Source: an uncultured delta proteobacterium (GTDB taxonomy: Bacteria; Myxococcota_A; Polyangia; Polyangiales; Polyangiaceae). Taken from it: 64,000 nt of DNA. The notes below the pieces were generated by a model that did not search any database, was not told the DNA's origin, and saw only the letters and a list, made by a program, of their open reading frames with translations. The stretch covers positions 832,001 through 896,000 of the forward strand of contig CAWJCS010000006.1 of the NCBI GenBank assembly GCA_963841435.1, read 5' to 3'. Below, in pieces: positions 41,234 to 51,235 of the stretch (its first letter is position 1; the number at the start of each line of letters is the position of its first letter). A program made the translations under genes and the position numbers.

Positions 41234-42480
41234 ATGCGTGCGCTGCAGTCGGTCGTGGGGTTCTTCGCGTTGGCGGCGAGCGCTTGTGCGTCGGGCAACT
41301 CGGCGCCCTCCGGAAGCGGGGGCGCGCCGAACCTCGGCGGCACGTCGGCGCTCGGAGGAACGGCGGGGTCAACCGCGGGGCTCGGCGGCTCGGGCGGCGC
41401 CAGTGGCTCGCTGAACCCTGGTGGCGCGGCCGGCATGGGCGCTGCGGCAGGGGCGACGGGCGGCGTGAGCGGCACTGGCGGGCGGGGTGGCGCGGCCGGC
41501 AGCGGTGCGGCAATCGGTGGCAGCGGCGACCTGGGTGGTCGCGCGGGCTCGGGGGAGGCGGAGGCGGTGTGGGCGGGGCGGGTGCCGCGGGTGAAGGTGG
41601 GACGGTCTCGGGCGGCGCGGGTGCGGGCGGTGCGGGTGGTGCGGGTGCGGGCGGCGGCGCGGGTGCGGGCGGCGCGGGTGCGGGCGGCGCGGGTGCGGGC
41701 GGCGGCGCGGGTGCGGGCGGTGCCATGCAGAGCGCGGGGTGTGGCAAGACGCCGACGCTGAAGAACAGCACGACCAATTCCAACGCGAGCCCCAACACGC
41801 TTTCCGTTTCCGGAACCAGCCGCGAGTACGCCATTCGCTGGCCATCGAGCTACGACGACTCCCACCCTTACCGGCTCATTCTCGACCTGCACGGATACGG
41901 CGGTTCCTACAAGGAAACGGCGGGTGAGGATTACTTCGGGCTCTGGGCGCCCTCGAACAACACGACGATCTTCATCGCGCTGTCGGCCACCGGCGGCGAT
42001 TGGCGAACCGGCGACAATCTGGCGTACGTTAACGCGGTGCTCGATGCCGTGGAGTCGGAGCTCTGCATCGACACGTCGCGGGTCATGCTGGAGGGGTTCA
42101 GCCAGGGTGCCGCGGAGACGTGGCAGCTCGTTTGCTCGCGCCCGGGCGTGTTTCGAGCGGCGGTGGGCCACTCGGGTGGCGGCGTCACCAATCCCATGAG
42201 CTGCGAGCCGATCCCCTACCTCGGCTCCGGCGGCCTGCAGGAGAGCGTCACGCAAACCACCCAGACCGATCAGTTCGCGAGGTGGAACGGCTGCACGGTC
42301 ACGTCCCTGCCCACGGCTCCGAACGGGGGCCACGTGTGCACGGACTACACCGGCTGCCCCGCGACGGCTCCCGTCCGCTGGTGCAACTACGACGGCCCGC
42401 ATACCCCCCTGCCCACGGATTCCGGCATGGGCTCGTCGTGGATGCCGTCGGAGACGTGGCCCTTCTTCAGCGCGTTCTGA
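41234..42480 (+). CDS. CE1-like (feruloyl esterase-like) lipoprotein; frameshift in the G run at 41551-41555
   Basis: ASAC lipobox; SAGCGK, PYRLILDLHGYGG, LCIDTSRV..GFSQG, PVRWCNYDGPH, ETWPFFSAF. Confidence 0.8.
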
Positions 42481-42491
42481 GCCCTACGCCT

Positions 42492-44252
42492 CTACTTGCC
42501 CACGAACGTCGTGACGGTCGTAGCGCCCAGCGTAGCAGTGAAGCTTCCGTTGCTCACCGGCAAGGCGGTCTTGGAGACGAGGTTGTCGCTTGCCGACGTT
42601 ACCCACGGCGTCATCGAGGCAGGCGCGGTGCCGCCAGCGATGGTGATCGGCACGCTGGCTTCGGCCTTGCCCCGGTTGATGGCAACGACCGCGACCGTGC
42701 CGTCCGGGCCCTTGTAAGCCGAGAGCAGCACGTCGGTCGGGATGGCGCCCGTGACCCCCACCCGCGTGTATCCCGGCCGAACGAACTTGCTGTAGTTGCC
42801 GAACGTGTAGTGGCGCTTGGTGTCGGTCGAGCCCAGCATCAAACCCTCGTTGTCGCCGGAGGTCGAGTACCACCAGTAAAGCCAGGCCGACGCGTCACCG
42901 ATCGCGAGCGCGGAGTGAATCCACCCTGCGACCGCAACACCGTTGTTGATGTCGCTGCTCGGTCCCTGCTCCGGCCACCACTTCACGCCTGACATTTCGG
43001 TCTGCCAGATCTCCTTCCGAGCGGCCGTGACGTTGCTCGGCCAGGGAAACGCTTGCTGCGAGTCGTACTCGTGCGTCCCGATGATGTCCAACGCGGCCCA
43101 CGCCGTCGCGTCGTTGGCCAGGTAATGTCCGTAGTCGTAACCCTCGCCCGTGTCGCAAGCCGGGTTGCTCGGCGGGAAGCCACACTTCAGTGGGTCGGAG
43201 CTGTTCTTGCCACCTGGATCGGGCCCGGCGGAGACGTTGGACCAGAGGTGGTTCCACTCCGAGGTTTCCGGCGCGATGAGCTTCACTCCCGCCTGCTTCA
43301 GCATCGGCCCCACGACCTTGATGAAGGCCACGAGCTCGTTGGCCGTGTAGAGCATCGTCGCGTAGTTGCCGTTGCACGGGTCGGCGCTGCCGCACGACGC
43401 GAACTCGGGCTCGTTCACCGCCGACATCGCGTAGAGCCCATTGTTCTTCGCGAAGTTGGTGATGGTCGTCGCCCACGAGGTGTAACAGCTCGTGTTCAGG
43501 TGTCCGCCGTTGTTTTCGCTGTTGTTGCTCTTGCAATTGGCAGGAGCGCTCCAGCACGATCCGATGACCTTCGTACCGCTGATCCCCTTCACCATCGCCA
43601 TGTCGGCCGTCATGACGCTGGCCTGGAGGGCACCGCTCGAGTTCATGCCGACACGCAGGATGGTCAGGCCGATATCCTTGGTCGCATCGAACAAGCTCGC
43701 CGGCAGGGCGGTCGAGGCATACGTGTCGTTGATACCGAACCCCTCGATCAGCTGATGGGCTTCAGCGAGCTGGACGGTCACGGGGCCAGTCCCGGGATCT
43801 GTACCGGCACCACCCGCCATGCCCGCGTCGCCGCCGCTCCCGCCGCCCGCCATGCCCGCGCCGCCGCCGCTCTCGCCGCCGGCCATGCCCGCGCCGCCCA
43901 TGCCCGCAACCGGCATGCCACCCATGCCTGCGGTGACCATGCCCCCCGAACCACCCAGCGCGTCGCCGCCCGTGCCGGCAGTCGAGCCTCCGGTACCGCC
44001 CCCGCCGCCACCCATCCCGGCATCGAGGCTTCCGCCCGTGGCTCCGCTCGACGTGCCACCAGCTGGCCCACCAGCCTGGCCGCCCCCGCCCGTGCCGCTG
44101 CCCCCCGCCTGGCCCGCCGAAGGGCTGCTGCCCGAGCTGCCGCCCGTGCCGCTGCCCGCGCCTCCTTGGTTGTTCGGTGGCGTTGGGCTGTTCTGGCCGC
44201 AAGCCACGAGGGCGAGCGCGAGCATCGTGTTGGCGATCGATTTCAGGTTCAT
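42492..44252 (-). CDS. GH30 glycoside hydrolase lipoprotein (glucuronoxylanase-like)
   Basis: LVAC lipobox; QLIEGFG, IGLTILRV, WSAPA, NEP acid/base, WQTE nucleophile, AWLYWW, YSKFVRPGY. Confidence 0.85.
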   Translation of the reverse strand: MNLKSIANTMLALALVACGQNSPTPPNNQGGAGSGTGGSSGSSPSAGQAGGSGTGGGGQAGGPAGGTSSGATGGSLDAGMGGGGGGTGGSTAGTGGDALGGSGGMVTAGMGGMPVAGMGGAGMAGGESGGGAGMAGGGSGGDAGMAGGAGTDPGTGPVTVQLAEAHQLIEGFGINDTYASTALPASLFDATKDIGLTILRVGMNSSGALQASVMTADMAMVKGISGTKVIGSCWSAPANCKSNNSENNGGHLNTSCYTSWATTITNFAKNNGLYAMSAVNEPEFASCGSADPCNGNYATMLYTANELVAFIKVVGPMLKQAGVKLIAPETSEWNHLWSNVSAGPDPGGKNSSDPLKCGFPPSNPACDTGEGYDYGHYLANDATAWAALDIIGTHEYDSQQAFPWPSNVTAARKEIWQTEMSGVKWWPEQGPSSDINNGVAVAGWIHSALAIGDASAWLYWWYSTSGDNEGLMLGSTDTKRHYTFGNYSKFVRPGYTRVGVTGAIPTDVLLSAYKGPDGTVAVVAINRGKAEASVPITIAGGTAPASMTPWVTSASDNLVSKTALPVSNGSFTATLGATTVTTFVGK

Positions 44253-44501
44253 GGCGTCAAACCTCGGCTTGATGGCACCGCACTGCTCGAGAAAGAACAG
44301 CCGTTTCAGGAATTGGACCGCCGCTCCAGGGTTCGCTAGCAGCAGTAAATGATGCCCGTGCCGCCGCCGTAGGCTCAGAAAAAGGGGCCTCGCCGGCCAT
44401 TCGCGAGCCGGCGCGCGCGGCACTTCGGCCTCGACGACACCTGCTCACGTTCGGCAGTCGATTTCCCGCCACGTATAACCCCGGGCGGACAGTAGCTCAA
44501 G

Positions 44502-46589
44502 ATGACGCTCACACGTCGCGCCCGGGGGGCTTCGACGATGGTTTTCGTCGGTTTGGCCGCGCTTTTCTCGCTGGCCTGCGGGGGCTCATCGAGCACCTCT
44601 CGCACCCACCCCGGGGGGGTGCAGTCGGGGGGAGCACGGCCACCGGCGGCGCGGGTGGGAAGCCGATGGGCGGCGGCAGTGGCTTCGCAGCCGGCGGCAT
44701 TGACGGTGCGGGCGAAGGCGGGATGGCGGAGAGCTGGGGGGGGTAACCGGGGGGGTGCAGGCAGTGGAGGCTCCCCTCCCTTGAGCACCGGGGGAGTCAA
44801 GCCGAGGCTCCTCACCCGAGCCGAGTACCTCGCGTCGCTGCAGAGCCTGTTCGGTACCGTGACGACGCCGCTCGACCTCCCGCCGGACACCTCCGTCGCG
44901 GGGTTCGTCTCCGTGGGCGCGGCGCTCACCACGGTCAATGCGACCGCCGCCGACCAGTACGAAACCGTGAGCCGCGCCGTCGTGGCCGAGGTGTTCGGGG
45001 ACATGGCGCGTTATCAGGCGCTCGTCGGCTGCCAGCCGCAGGCGGACCTGAGCGACGCCTGCGTCGAGACGTTCGCCCGAGCCTTCGGCGGGCGAGCCTA
45101 CCGGCGGGACCTCACGGACAAGGAGCTCGCTCGATGGGTAGGGGTCGCACGCGGTGCGGCCGCGTTGGCGGACGACCCCGTGCAAGGGCTCTCGACGATG
45201 GTCTCGGGCATCCTGCAATCGCCGAACTTCCTCTACCGTTTCGAAACCAACGCGTTCAATCCGGCGAACGGACGACTCAAGTACGACGGCCCGTCCATGG
45301 CCGTTCGTCTCGCCTACTTTCTCACGGGAGGGCCCCCGAGCGCGGAGCTCGTGGCGGCCGGCGAGTCCGGCCGGTTTGACACGGCCGACGGCGTGCGCAC
45401 GGCGTCCGCCTCGATGCTCGGCAATCCGGCCCTCGTCGGTCAGCTGCTCTCGTTCTTCTCCGAGTACACGCAGGTGGAGCTCGTGACGGTGGTCAACAAG
45501 AGCGCCGCGCTGTTCCCCGAATTCAGCGACAGCTTGCGAAGCTCCATGCGGGAGAGCACGCGGCTCTTCCTCGAGAACGTGGTCCTCGCCCCGGGCGCCG
45601 ACGTGCGCTCGTTCTTCGACAGTGATCAATTCTTCGTCAACGCCGAGCTCGCCCCCCTCTACGGGGTGACCTCGCCGGCCTCGGGCTTCGCAAAGCTCAC
45701 GCTCGAGCCTGCTTCGGGCCGCGCCGGCATCCACTACATCGGCCTCAACATGGGCACGGTGAGCGAGAACCTCGCGCACCGCGGCCCCTACGATTTTCTG
45801 CCGCCCGAGCGCGACCCGACCCGGCTCTTTAACGCCCTATTCGGGACGGGGGCGCCCGGCGCGCCTGCCGACATCTCGGGCGCGCTCCGCCGGAGCGTGC
45901 TCGACGCGGTGTTGGACGAGGCGAACAACGTCAAGGCGACGCTCGGGACCGTGGACGCCCGGCGCATCGAAGAGCACATGGAGAGCATCCGCGCCATCGA
46001 GCTGCGGATCCCGGACACCATGGTCGATGGGGGCGCCCCCGGAGGCTGTCATGCTCCCGACGCGCCACCGGTGACGCTCGCCGACATGACGGCGAAGAGC
46101 CAGGCGATGAACCGACTGATCACCGCAGCCGTCGCGTGCAACCTAACCCGGGTCTACACCCACCTCTGGTCCGGCGCTCGAGACGACAACCAGTACCCGA
46201 CGATCCCGGTCAATGCGGAGCACCACAGCCTTACGCACGAGGCCAAAGTTGCGGAGCATTCCAAGATCGAGCACTACATCATGAGCCAGTACGCCGATCT
46301 CGCGCGGGTGATGAAGGAGACGCCCATGGGTGCGGGTAGCGTGCTCGACAACACGCTCATCTACGGAGTGAGCGAGGTCGCGGAGCCGAACAGCCACGTC
46401 ATGAGGGACTTTCGCATCGTGCTGATGGGTCACGCGGGCGGAAAGCTCCCCGGCAATCGGCACCTGCCGCTCGACGGGCGCAAGGTCACGGAGCTCATGC
46501 TCACGATGCAACAGGTCATGGGGCTCCCGGTCAACACCTTCGGAAGCTGGGACAAGACGAGCAAGACCATGCCCGAAATCCTGGCCTGA
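44502..46589 (+). CDS. In-frame fusion of a DUF1587/1595/1592-type N-half and a DUF1552 C-half
   Basis: RLLTRAEY, AYRRDL, LQSPNFLYR, RLAYFL...PS up to GRAGI; then SVLDAV, ACNLTRV, HHSLTH, SVLDNTL. Confidence 0.75.
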   Translation: MTLTRRARGASTMVFVGLAALFSLACGGSSSTSRTHPGGVQSGGARPPAARVGSRWAAAVASQPAALTVRAKAGWRRAGGGNRGGAGSGGSPPLSTGGVKPRLLTRAEYLASLQSLFGTVTTPLDLPPDTSVAGFVSVGAALTTVNATAADQYETVSRAVVAEVFGDMARYQALVGCQPQADLSDACVETFARAFGGRAYRRDLTDKELARWVGVARGAAALADDPVQGLSTMVSGILQSPNFLYRFETNAFNPANGRLKYDGPSMAVRLAYFLTGGPPSAELVAAGESGRFDTADGVRTASASMLGNPALVGQLLSFFSEYTQVELVTVVNKSAALFPEFSDSLRSSMRESTRLFLENVVLAPGADVRSFFDSDQFFVNAELAPLYGVTSPASGFAKLTLEPASGRAGIHYIGLNMGTVSENLAHRGPYDFLPPERDPTRLFNALFGTGAPGAPADISGALRRSVLDAVLDEANNVKATLGTVDARRIEEHMESIRAIELRIPDTMVDGGAPGGCHAPDAPPVTLADMTAKSQAMNRLITAAVACNLTRVYTHLWSGARDDNQYPTIPVNAEHHSLTHEAKVAEHSKIEHYIMSQYADLARVMKETPMGAGSVLDNTLIYGVSEVAEPNSHVMRDFRIVLMGHAGGKLPGNRHLPLDGRKVTELMLTMQQVMGLPVNTFGSWDKTSKTMPEILA

Positions 46590-46638
46590 TGAGGTTAGAG
46601 CGGGTCTTGCCTCGCCCTCGGAACGGCGAAGCGGCGGT

Positions 46639-46998
46639 GTGGCCGTGAGGCCGGGTTGCGTTCGCGAGGTGGTGCTCGCCCTGGCGCTCCTCGCGTGCAG
46701 CGGTCGCACGACCCAGAAGGGCGCGGGCAGCGGCGGAAGGGGTGGCGCCGGCAGCGGGGGAGCCGGCGGCAGCGGCGCGACGGGCGGAGTTGGCGCCAGC
46801 GGGGGCGTCGCCGCCGGCGGCTCGAGTGGAAGCAGCGGCACAGGGGGCGCTGCCGGCACCGTTTCGCTGGGCGGCGGCGCGGGTGTCTCGGGCTTCGGCA
46901 GCGGCGGCGTCGAGCCCCTCGGAGGCAGCGCGGGTGTGAGCGGCGGCTCCGCCGGAATGCCCGGCATCAACGACGACGACGCCGCCGTGTGCCCCTAG
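46639..46998 (+). pseudogene. Truncated Gly-rich lipoprotein (signal and linker only)
   Basis: LLAC plus Gly linker, stop right after VCP, next to an IS91-like remnant. Confidence 0.55.
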
Positions 46999-47021
46999 TA
47001 CACCGCCGGCACCTGGTGATA

Positions 47022-47143
47022 GCGGAGACGGCGGTGCACCTCGAAGAGCGCGTGCTGCCGGCCGTGCCCGTGCGCCATTGGATCTGCTCTCCGCCCTGGG
47101 GACTACGGGCACTGCTCGGCTACGACGGCGAGCTGTGCGCCGT
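47022..47143 (+). mobile_element. IS91/Y2-family transposase remnant
   Basis: AETAVHLEERVLPAVPVRHWICSPPWGLRALLGYD resembles the segment after the IS91 Zn-binding domain. Confidence 0.65.
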
Positions 47144-47400
47144 TGAGCAGGGGGATCGAGATGATGAGCGCGAGTCTTCATCGAGTCCGCTCACCGCATA
47201 AGAATGTGGCCACGCGCAACGAGCGCAGGAAAATGCGACGTGAAACGGCCGGCAGATTCGGACAAGATCGCCCATCCATGGGTCAACCGGCCCATTGTCG
47301 GTGCGTGATCGCGCGAGCACAATCGACTTGCCGCTCGAAGTGAGCTCGCGATGACGTCGTTCCGGCGACTCACTCGATGACGGCGAGGAGCAGAGCGCCG

Positions 47401-48651
47401 ATGACTTCGCGAACTCGTCCCTTTCTCTACGCATCGCTCGTCAGCCTGACCGTGCCCCTCGTTGCCTGTAGCGGCTCGGAGCCAGCGGCCGAAAGCAACG
47501 GCTCGGGGACGGGCGGATCGGTCGGCGGCGCGGTGGGGAGCGGCGGCGCGGGCGGCAGCGCGACGGGCGGAACCGTCACCGGCGGAACGAGCGACGCCGG
47601 CTCGACTGGGGTCGCCGGCGGCACGGCCGCCGCGGGTGGGACGGGCGGCGCATCGGCTGGAGGCAGCGGCGCCGGGGGTCAGTCGGGCTCGAGCGCATCG
47701 GGCGCGGGCGGCAGCGGCGCAGCCGGTGCCGGCGCGGGTTCGGCCGGAATGGCTGCGTCGGGCGGCATCGGCGCGGGCGGCGCCGGCGCGGGTTCGGCCG
47801 GAATGGCTGCGTCGGGCGGCGTCGGCGCGGGCGGCGCCGGCGCGAGCGGAGGCGAGAGTGGCTCGGCCACCGGCGGCACCACGGCGGCAGGAGGGGCCGG
47901 CGGCAACTCCCCCGGCTGCGGCTCCGCAAACACGACCTCGCCATGCGGCACGAAGGGAACCACGTGCAGCCTCGACATCGAGGGCACGATGCGGACCTAC
48001 TACGTCCAGCTGCCGCAGGGCTACGACGCGTCCACCCCGTATCGGTTGATCTTCCAGTTCCACCCGTGGGGTGGCTCGGCCGACCAAGCGCTCACCATGT
48101 ACCAGCTGAACTCGAAGATACCCGACGCGATCTACGTCACGCCACAGGGTCTCGACGCCGGCGGCAACGGGCCCGGTTGGGCCAATACCAACGGCGTCAA
48201 CATCGAGTTCACCAAAGCGATGCTCGCCGACGTCCAGGGCAAGTATTGCGTGGACAACTCGCGCATCTTCTCCGTCGGCTTCAGCTACGGCGGCATGATG
48301 AGCTTCGCGGTCGCGTGCGAGATGAGCGACGTTTTCCGCGCCATCGCACCGATGTCAGGCGCGCTCTACAGCGACCCGAGCTGCAAGGGCACGGGCCCCC
48401 ACATCGCCATGTGGGGCTCCCACGGCACGAGCGACACCGTCGTCCCGATCGACAACGGCCGCGCCGGTCGCGACAAGGTGCTGCAACAGAACCACTGTGG
48501 AACCACAACGACTCCCGTCGATCCGAGCCCCTGCGTGAAGTACGAAGGCTGCGACCCGGGCTACGACGTGACCTGGTGCGAATGGGACGGCCCGCACGGG
48601 ATCCCGAACTTCGGCAACGCCGCCATCGCGGACTTCTTCAAGCAGTTCTAG
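47401..48651 (+). CDS. CE1-like (feruloyl esterase-like) lipoprotein
   Basis: LVAC lipobox; SPGCG, PYRLIFQFHPWGG, CVDNSRIFSVGFSYGG, HGTSDTVV, WCEWDGPH, FFKQF. Confidence 0.85.
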   Translation: MTSRTRPFLYASLVSLTVPLVACSGSEPAAESNGSGTGGSVGGAVGSGGAGGSATGGTVTGGTSDAGSTGVAGGTAAAGGTGGASAGGSGAGGQSGSSASGAGGSGAAGAGAGSAGMAASGGIGAGGAGAGSAGMAASGGVGAGGAGASGGESGSATGGTTAAGGAGGNSPGCGSANTTSPCGTKGTTCSLDIEGTMRTYYVQLPQGYDASTPYRLIFQFHPWGGSADQALTMYQLNSKIPDAIYVTPQGLDAGGNGPGWANTNGVNIEFTKAMLADVQGKYCVDNSRIFSVGFSYGGMMSFAVACEMSDVFRAIAPMSGALYSDPSCKGTGPHIAMWGSHGTSDTVVPIDNGRAGRDKVLQQNHCGTTTTPVDPSPCVKYEGCDPGYDVTWCEWDGPHGIPNFGNAAIADFFKQF

Positions 48652-48702
48652 CTTCGAACCGCCGGCTGCTACCTGTCCTAGCTACCTCGGCGGTCCGTGT
48701 GA

Positions 48703-49433
48703 TCACGCGGCCGGACGGTGCTCATCATGAAGCCCGCCGAGCACCGGGAATGAGACGACACGGCCCGCACCGACGGGTACGGACGCTCTAGCCGGGATGC
48801 GTTGACCCAGACCCTGATGCGGACGGACGTTGTTGAAGTAGCGAATGTACTCCGCAAGCACGGTATGCAGATGCCGCTCGCTCAAGATGATCACATGGTC
48901 CAGGCACTCGCGACGCAGATCGTGCGCTTCGCGACGTGGATCCCGAGCTTCAAAAGCTCGCCTCGAATGCGCTCCGCGCCCCAGAGCCGATTCTCGGCTG
49001 CCATGCGCCTGATGAGTTCGACGGTATCGCGCGAGACGCGCGGCTGCGGGCGCGGCTGCTTGGGGCGCGATCTCCGTCGCCAGAACAGCTGGAAGGCGCG
49101 CCGATGCCAGCGCAAGATCGTGTCGGGCTTCACGAGCAGGATCGCCTCGCGCCAAGATCCTGTCATCGCGCTCGCGCCGAGGAGCACAGCCCGGTCGACG
49201 GCGGTGAACTTCGGGCGCTGGATCTGCCGCTTCAGGACCAGGAGTTGCTGGCGCAGAAGCAGGTTTTCGGCAATCAGAGAACCGCGCGGTAGGGCGAGAT
49301 CGACGACCAAGCCGAGGGCCGGCGCCATGGGCCGAGAAGCCTCTCGAATGAGCGCACCCAAGGGTCGGAGCCCGCGACCGACGACGTTCACGAGACTGCT
49401 GGCCGCGCTCTTCAGCACCGGCCGTTCATGCAC
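48703..49433 (-). mobile_element. Integrase-core transposase pseudogene lacking the central catalytic region
   Basis: LIAENLLLRQQL, VKPDTILRWHR, ENRLWGAERIRGELLKLGI..KRTI joined out of frame near 48915 to RRECLDH...RPHQGLGQRIP...VLGGLH. Confidence 0.8.
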
Positions 49434-49505
49434 CGGAACCTTCGGCGGCGGACCGAGAAGTAGCCAACACGGGCGGGGCCGGTCTGGATGCGCTAGCCTT
49501 CCCGC

Positions 49506-49742
49506 ATGGCCGCCCTGCGAGGTCATGTCCAGAACGGTCGCGTCGTCGTCGACGAGCCCGTCGATCTGCCGGACGGGACGGCGCTCGAGGTGGACCTCCG
49601 CCCCGCCGACGGAGACGACGGCATCCCTCCCGAGGAGCGGAAGCAGGTGCTCCAGGCGATCGACGAAGGGCTCGCGGCCGCGCACCGCGGTGAACACGTG
49701 GACGCAGAAGAGTTCGTGAACGAGCTCCTCGCGGAGCCGTGA
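49506..49742 (+). CDS. Small antitoxin-like protein with no adjacent toxin
   Basis: LRGHVQNGRVVVDEPVDLPDGT plus acidic C-terminus IDEGLAAAHRGEHVDAEEF. Confidence 0.6.
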   Translation: MAALRGHVQNGRVVVDEPVDLPDGTALEVDLRPADGDDGIPPEERKQVLQAIDEGLAAAHRGEHVDAEEFVNELLAEP

Positions 49743-49922
49743 GGACCCGCCTCGCCGAGCCCGCCCACACGGGCCCGATGTCGGTACGCGTCTTCGGCAT
49801 GCACTTCCACTTGGTTGCGGGGCCGCATAAGGCGGGAAGCTAGTGGCGTGCGCGCGTGGCCGCCGTCGAGTGTGCGGGAGCCCGCACATATACCGTATAC
49901 ATATCGCGTATTTGTGCCGCGC

Positions 49923-49968
49923 ATGCATTCACTGAATGCATCTTGCTGGAAAAGCCTTCAGTGAAGGC
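49923..49968. promoter_or_regulatory. Two palindromes sharing a TTCA-S-TGAA core upstream of hicB
   Basis: ATGCATTCA-C-TGAATGCAT (49923-49941) and GCCTTCA-G-TGAAGGC (49954-49968). Confidence 0.55.
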
Positions 49969-49981
49969 ACATACTTCAGGC

Positions 49982-50200
49982 ATGTCCGCGGAGCACCCCG
50001 CCGTGAAACTCAGCGTGGAGATCGACCGGGAAGAAGATGGTCGATGGATCGCGGAGGTGCGTGAGATACCTGGCGCCCTGGCGTACGGCGACACGCGCGA
50101 GGAGGCAATCCGCCGCGCGAAAGCGGCGGCTTTCTCCGTTCTCGAGGATCGCTCACTTCGCGAAGATATCGACGGCGTTGAATTCGTCGCCTGCGCGTGA
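49982..50200 (+). CDS. hicB: HicB family antitoxin, short form
   Basis: VEIDREEDGRWIAEVREIPGALAYGDTREEA. Confidence 0.88.
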   Translation: MSAEHPAVKLSVEIDREEDGRWIAEVREIPGALAYGDTREEAIRRAKAAAFSVLEDRSLREDIDGVEFVACA

Positions 50201-50412
50201 GCCACTGGCCTTCGACCAAGGCTAGCCGTGTGCTCGCCGCCTTGAAGCGCATCGGTTGGGAGGTGGCGCGCTCGCGTGGCGGTTCACACGTGACACTCGT
50301 ACGGGACGGGTGGAGCGAGTACACGTGGTCGTTTCACGACGGCGTCGAGATCGGCCCCAAGATGCTTTCCAAAATCGCGAAGCATACGGGGCTCGCGCCC
50401 GAAGATCTCTGA
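50197..50412 (+). CDS. hicA: HicA family toxin
   Basis: VLAALKRIGW...RGGSH...FHDGVEIGPKMLSKIAK; GTGA overlap with hicB. Confidence 0.9.
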   Translation: MSHWPSTKASRVLAALKRIGWEVARSRGGSHVTLVRDGWSEYTWSFHDGVEIGPKMLSKIAKHTGLAPEDL

Positions 50413-50541
50413 TGCGCACGCGGGGAAGATCGCCGCGCCCGCGGCCGTACCACGACGCGGGGCAATATCGCCCCTAGCAATAGGTGGCGCCCGCGGTGTG
50501 TCTAGCACCCGGGCGCCTGGCCACGACTGGAAGGACCAGCC

Positions 50542-51036
50542 ATGACGCACGAACCATATCCGATTCAAGATACCCTCGCGAGCGCGTGCGGGGCGAGCGC
50601 ATGCCTCGCACAAATCGCCACCCAGCTCACGGACGCGGCGAGCGCCGAGCCGTCCACACCCGAGCTCCTAAAGCACGTCGCCGCGACGATTCACGCCCAA
50701 GCGCAACGGGCGTCACTCGCGATTATGTCCTTGGCCGCGCACGCGGGGCGCCTCGAGGCGTTCGCGGTCGCGAAGGCGATTGCGGTCGCGGCGGCGCGCG
50801 CGGAGCACGCCGCCGCACGCGAGGCAATCGAAGCCGAGGCCGCAACGGACGCGCGGAACTACGTGAACGAGAGCGAGACCGCGGACGCGGCCACGTACGC
50901 GGGCGAGGCGTTCGCGGCGTGGACGGCCGACGAGGGCGGGCCCGAGGCGTTCGCGCCCTTGGGGCTCGACGAGGCGCGGGCGATCTACGTGGCCGCGTTC
51001 GTGCGCGGGGTCGGTAGCGGCGCGCGCCAGAGCTAG
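50542..51036 (+). CDS. Hypothetical Ala-rich helical protein
   Basis: AAGGA RBS, ATG start, GC-rich third codon positions; no recognised motif. Confidence 0.5.
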   Translation: MTHEPYPIQDTLASACGASACLAQIATQLTDAASAEPSTPELLKHVAATIHAQAQRASLAIMSLAAHAGRLEAFAVAKAIAVAAARAEHAAAREAIEAEAATDARNYVNESETADAATYAGEAFAAWTADEGGPEAFAPLGLDEARAIYVAAFVRGVGSGARQS

Positions 51037-51189
51037 CCGCGCCACGTGCGCGGCGCGCGCGCCATGGACGCCCCCGGGCCTCACGGTTTCGGGGGCGTTC
51101 GTGCGTCTGGGGGCGCGACATTGGTACCCGTTCAGGTACCCGATGCCGCCCCGCGTGCTCCGGCCGAATCACGAATCCGCATGTTTTCC

Positions 51190-51235
51190 GGAGCGGGAGA
51201 AGGGATTCGAACCCTCAACGTCCACCTTGGCAAGG
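51190..51235 (-). other. 3' portion of tRNA-Gly(GCC), probable att site
   Basis: Minus strand CCTTGCCAAGGTGGACGTTGAGGGTTCGAATCCCTTCTCCCGCTCC gives anticodon arm, T arm and 3' acceptor strand; no D arm or 5' acceptor strand. Confidence 0.85.
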
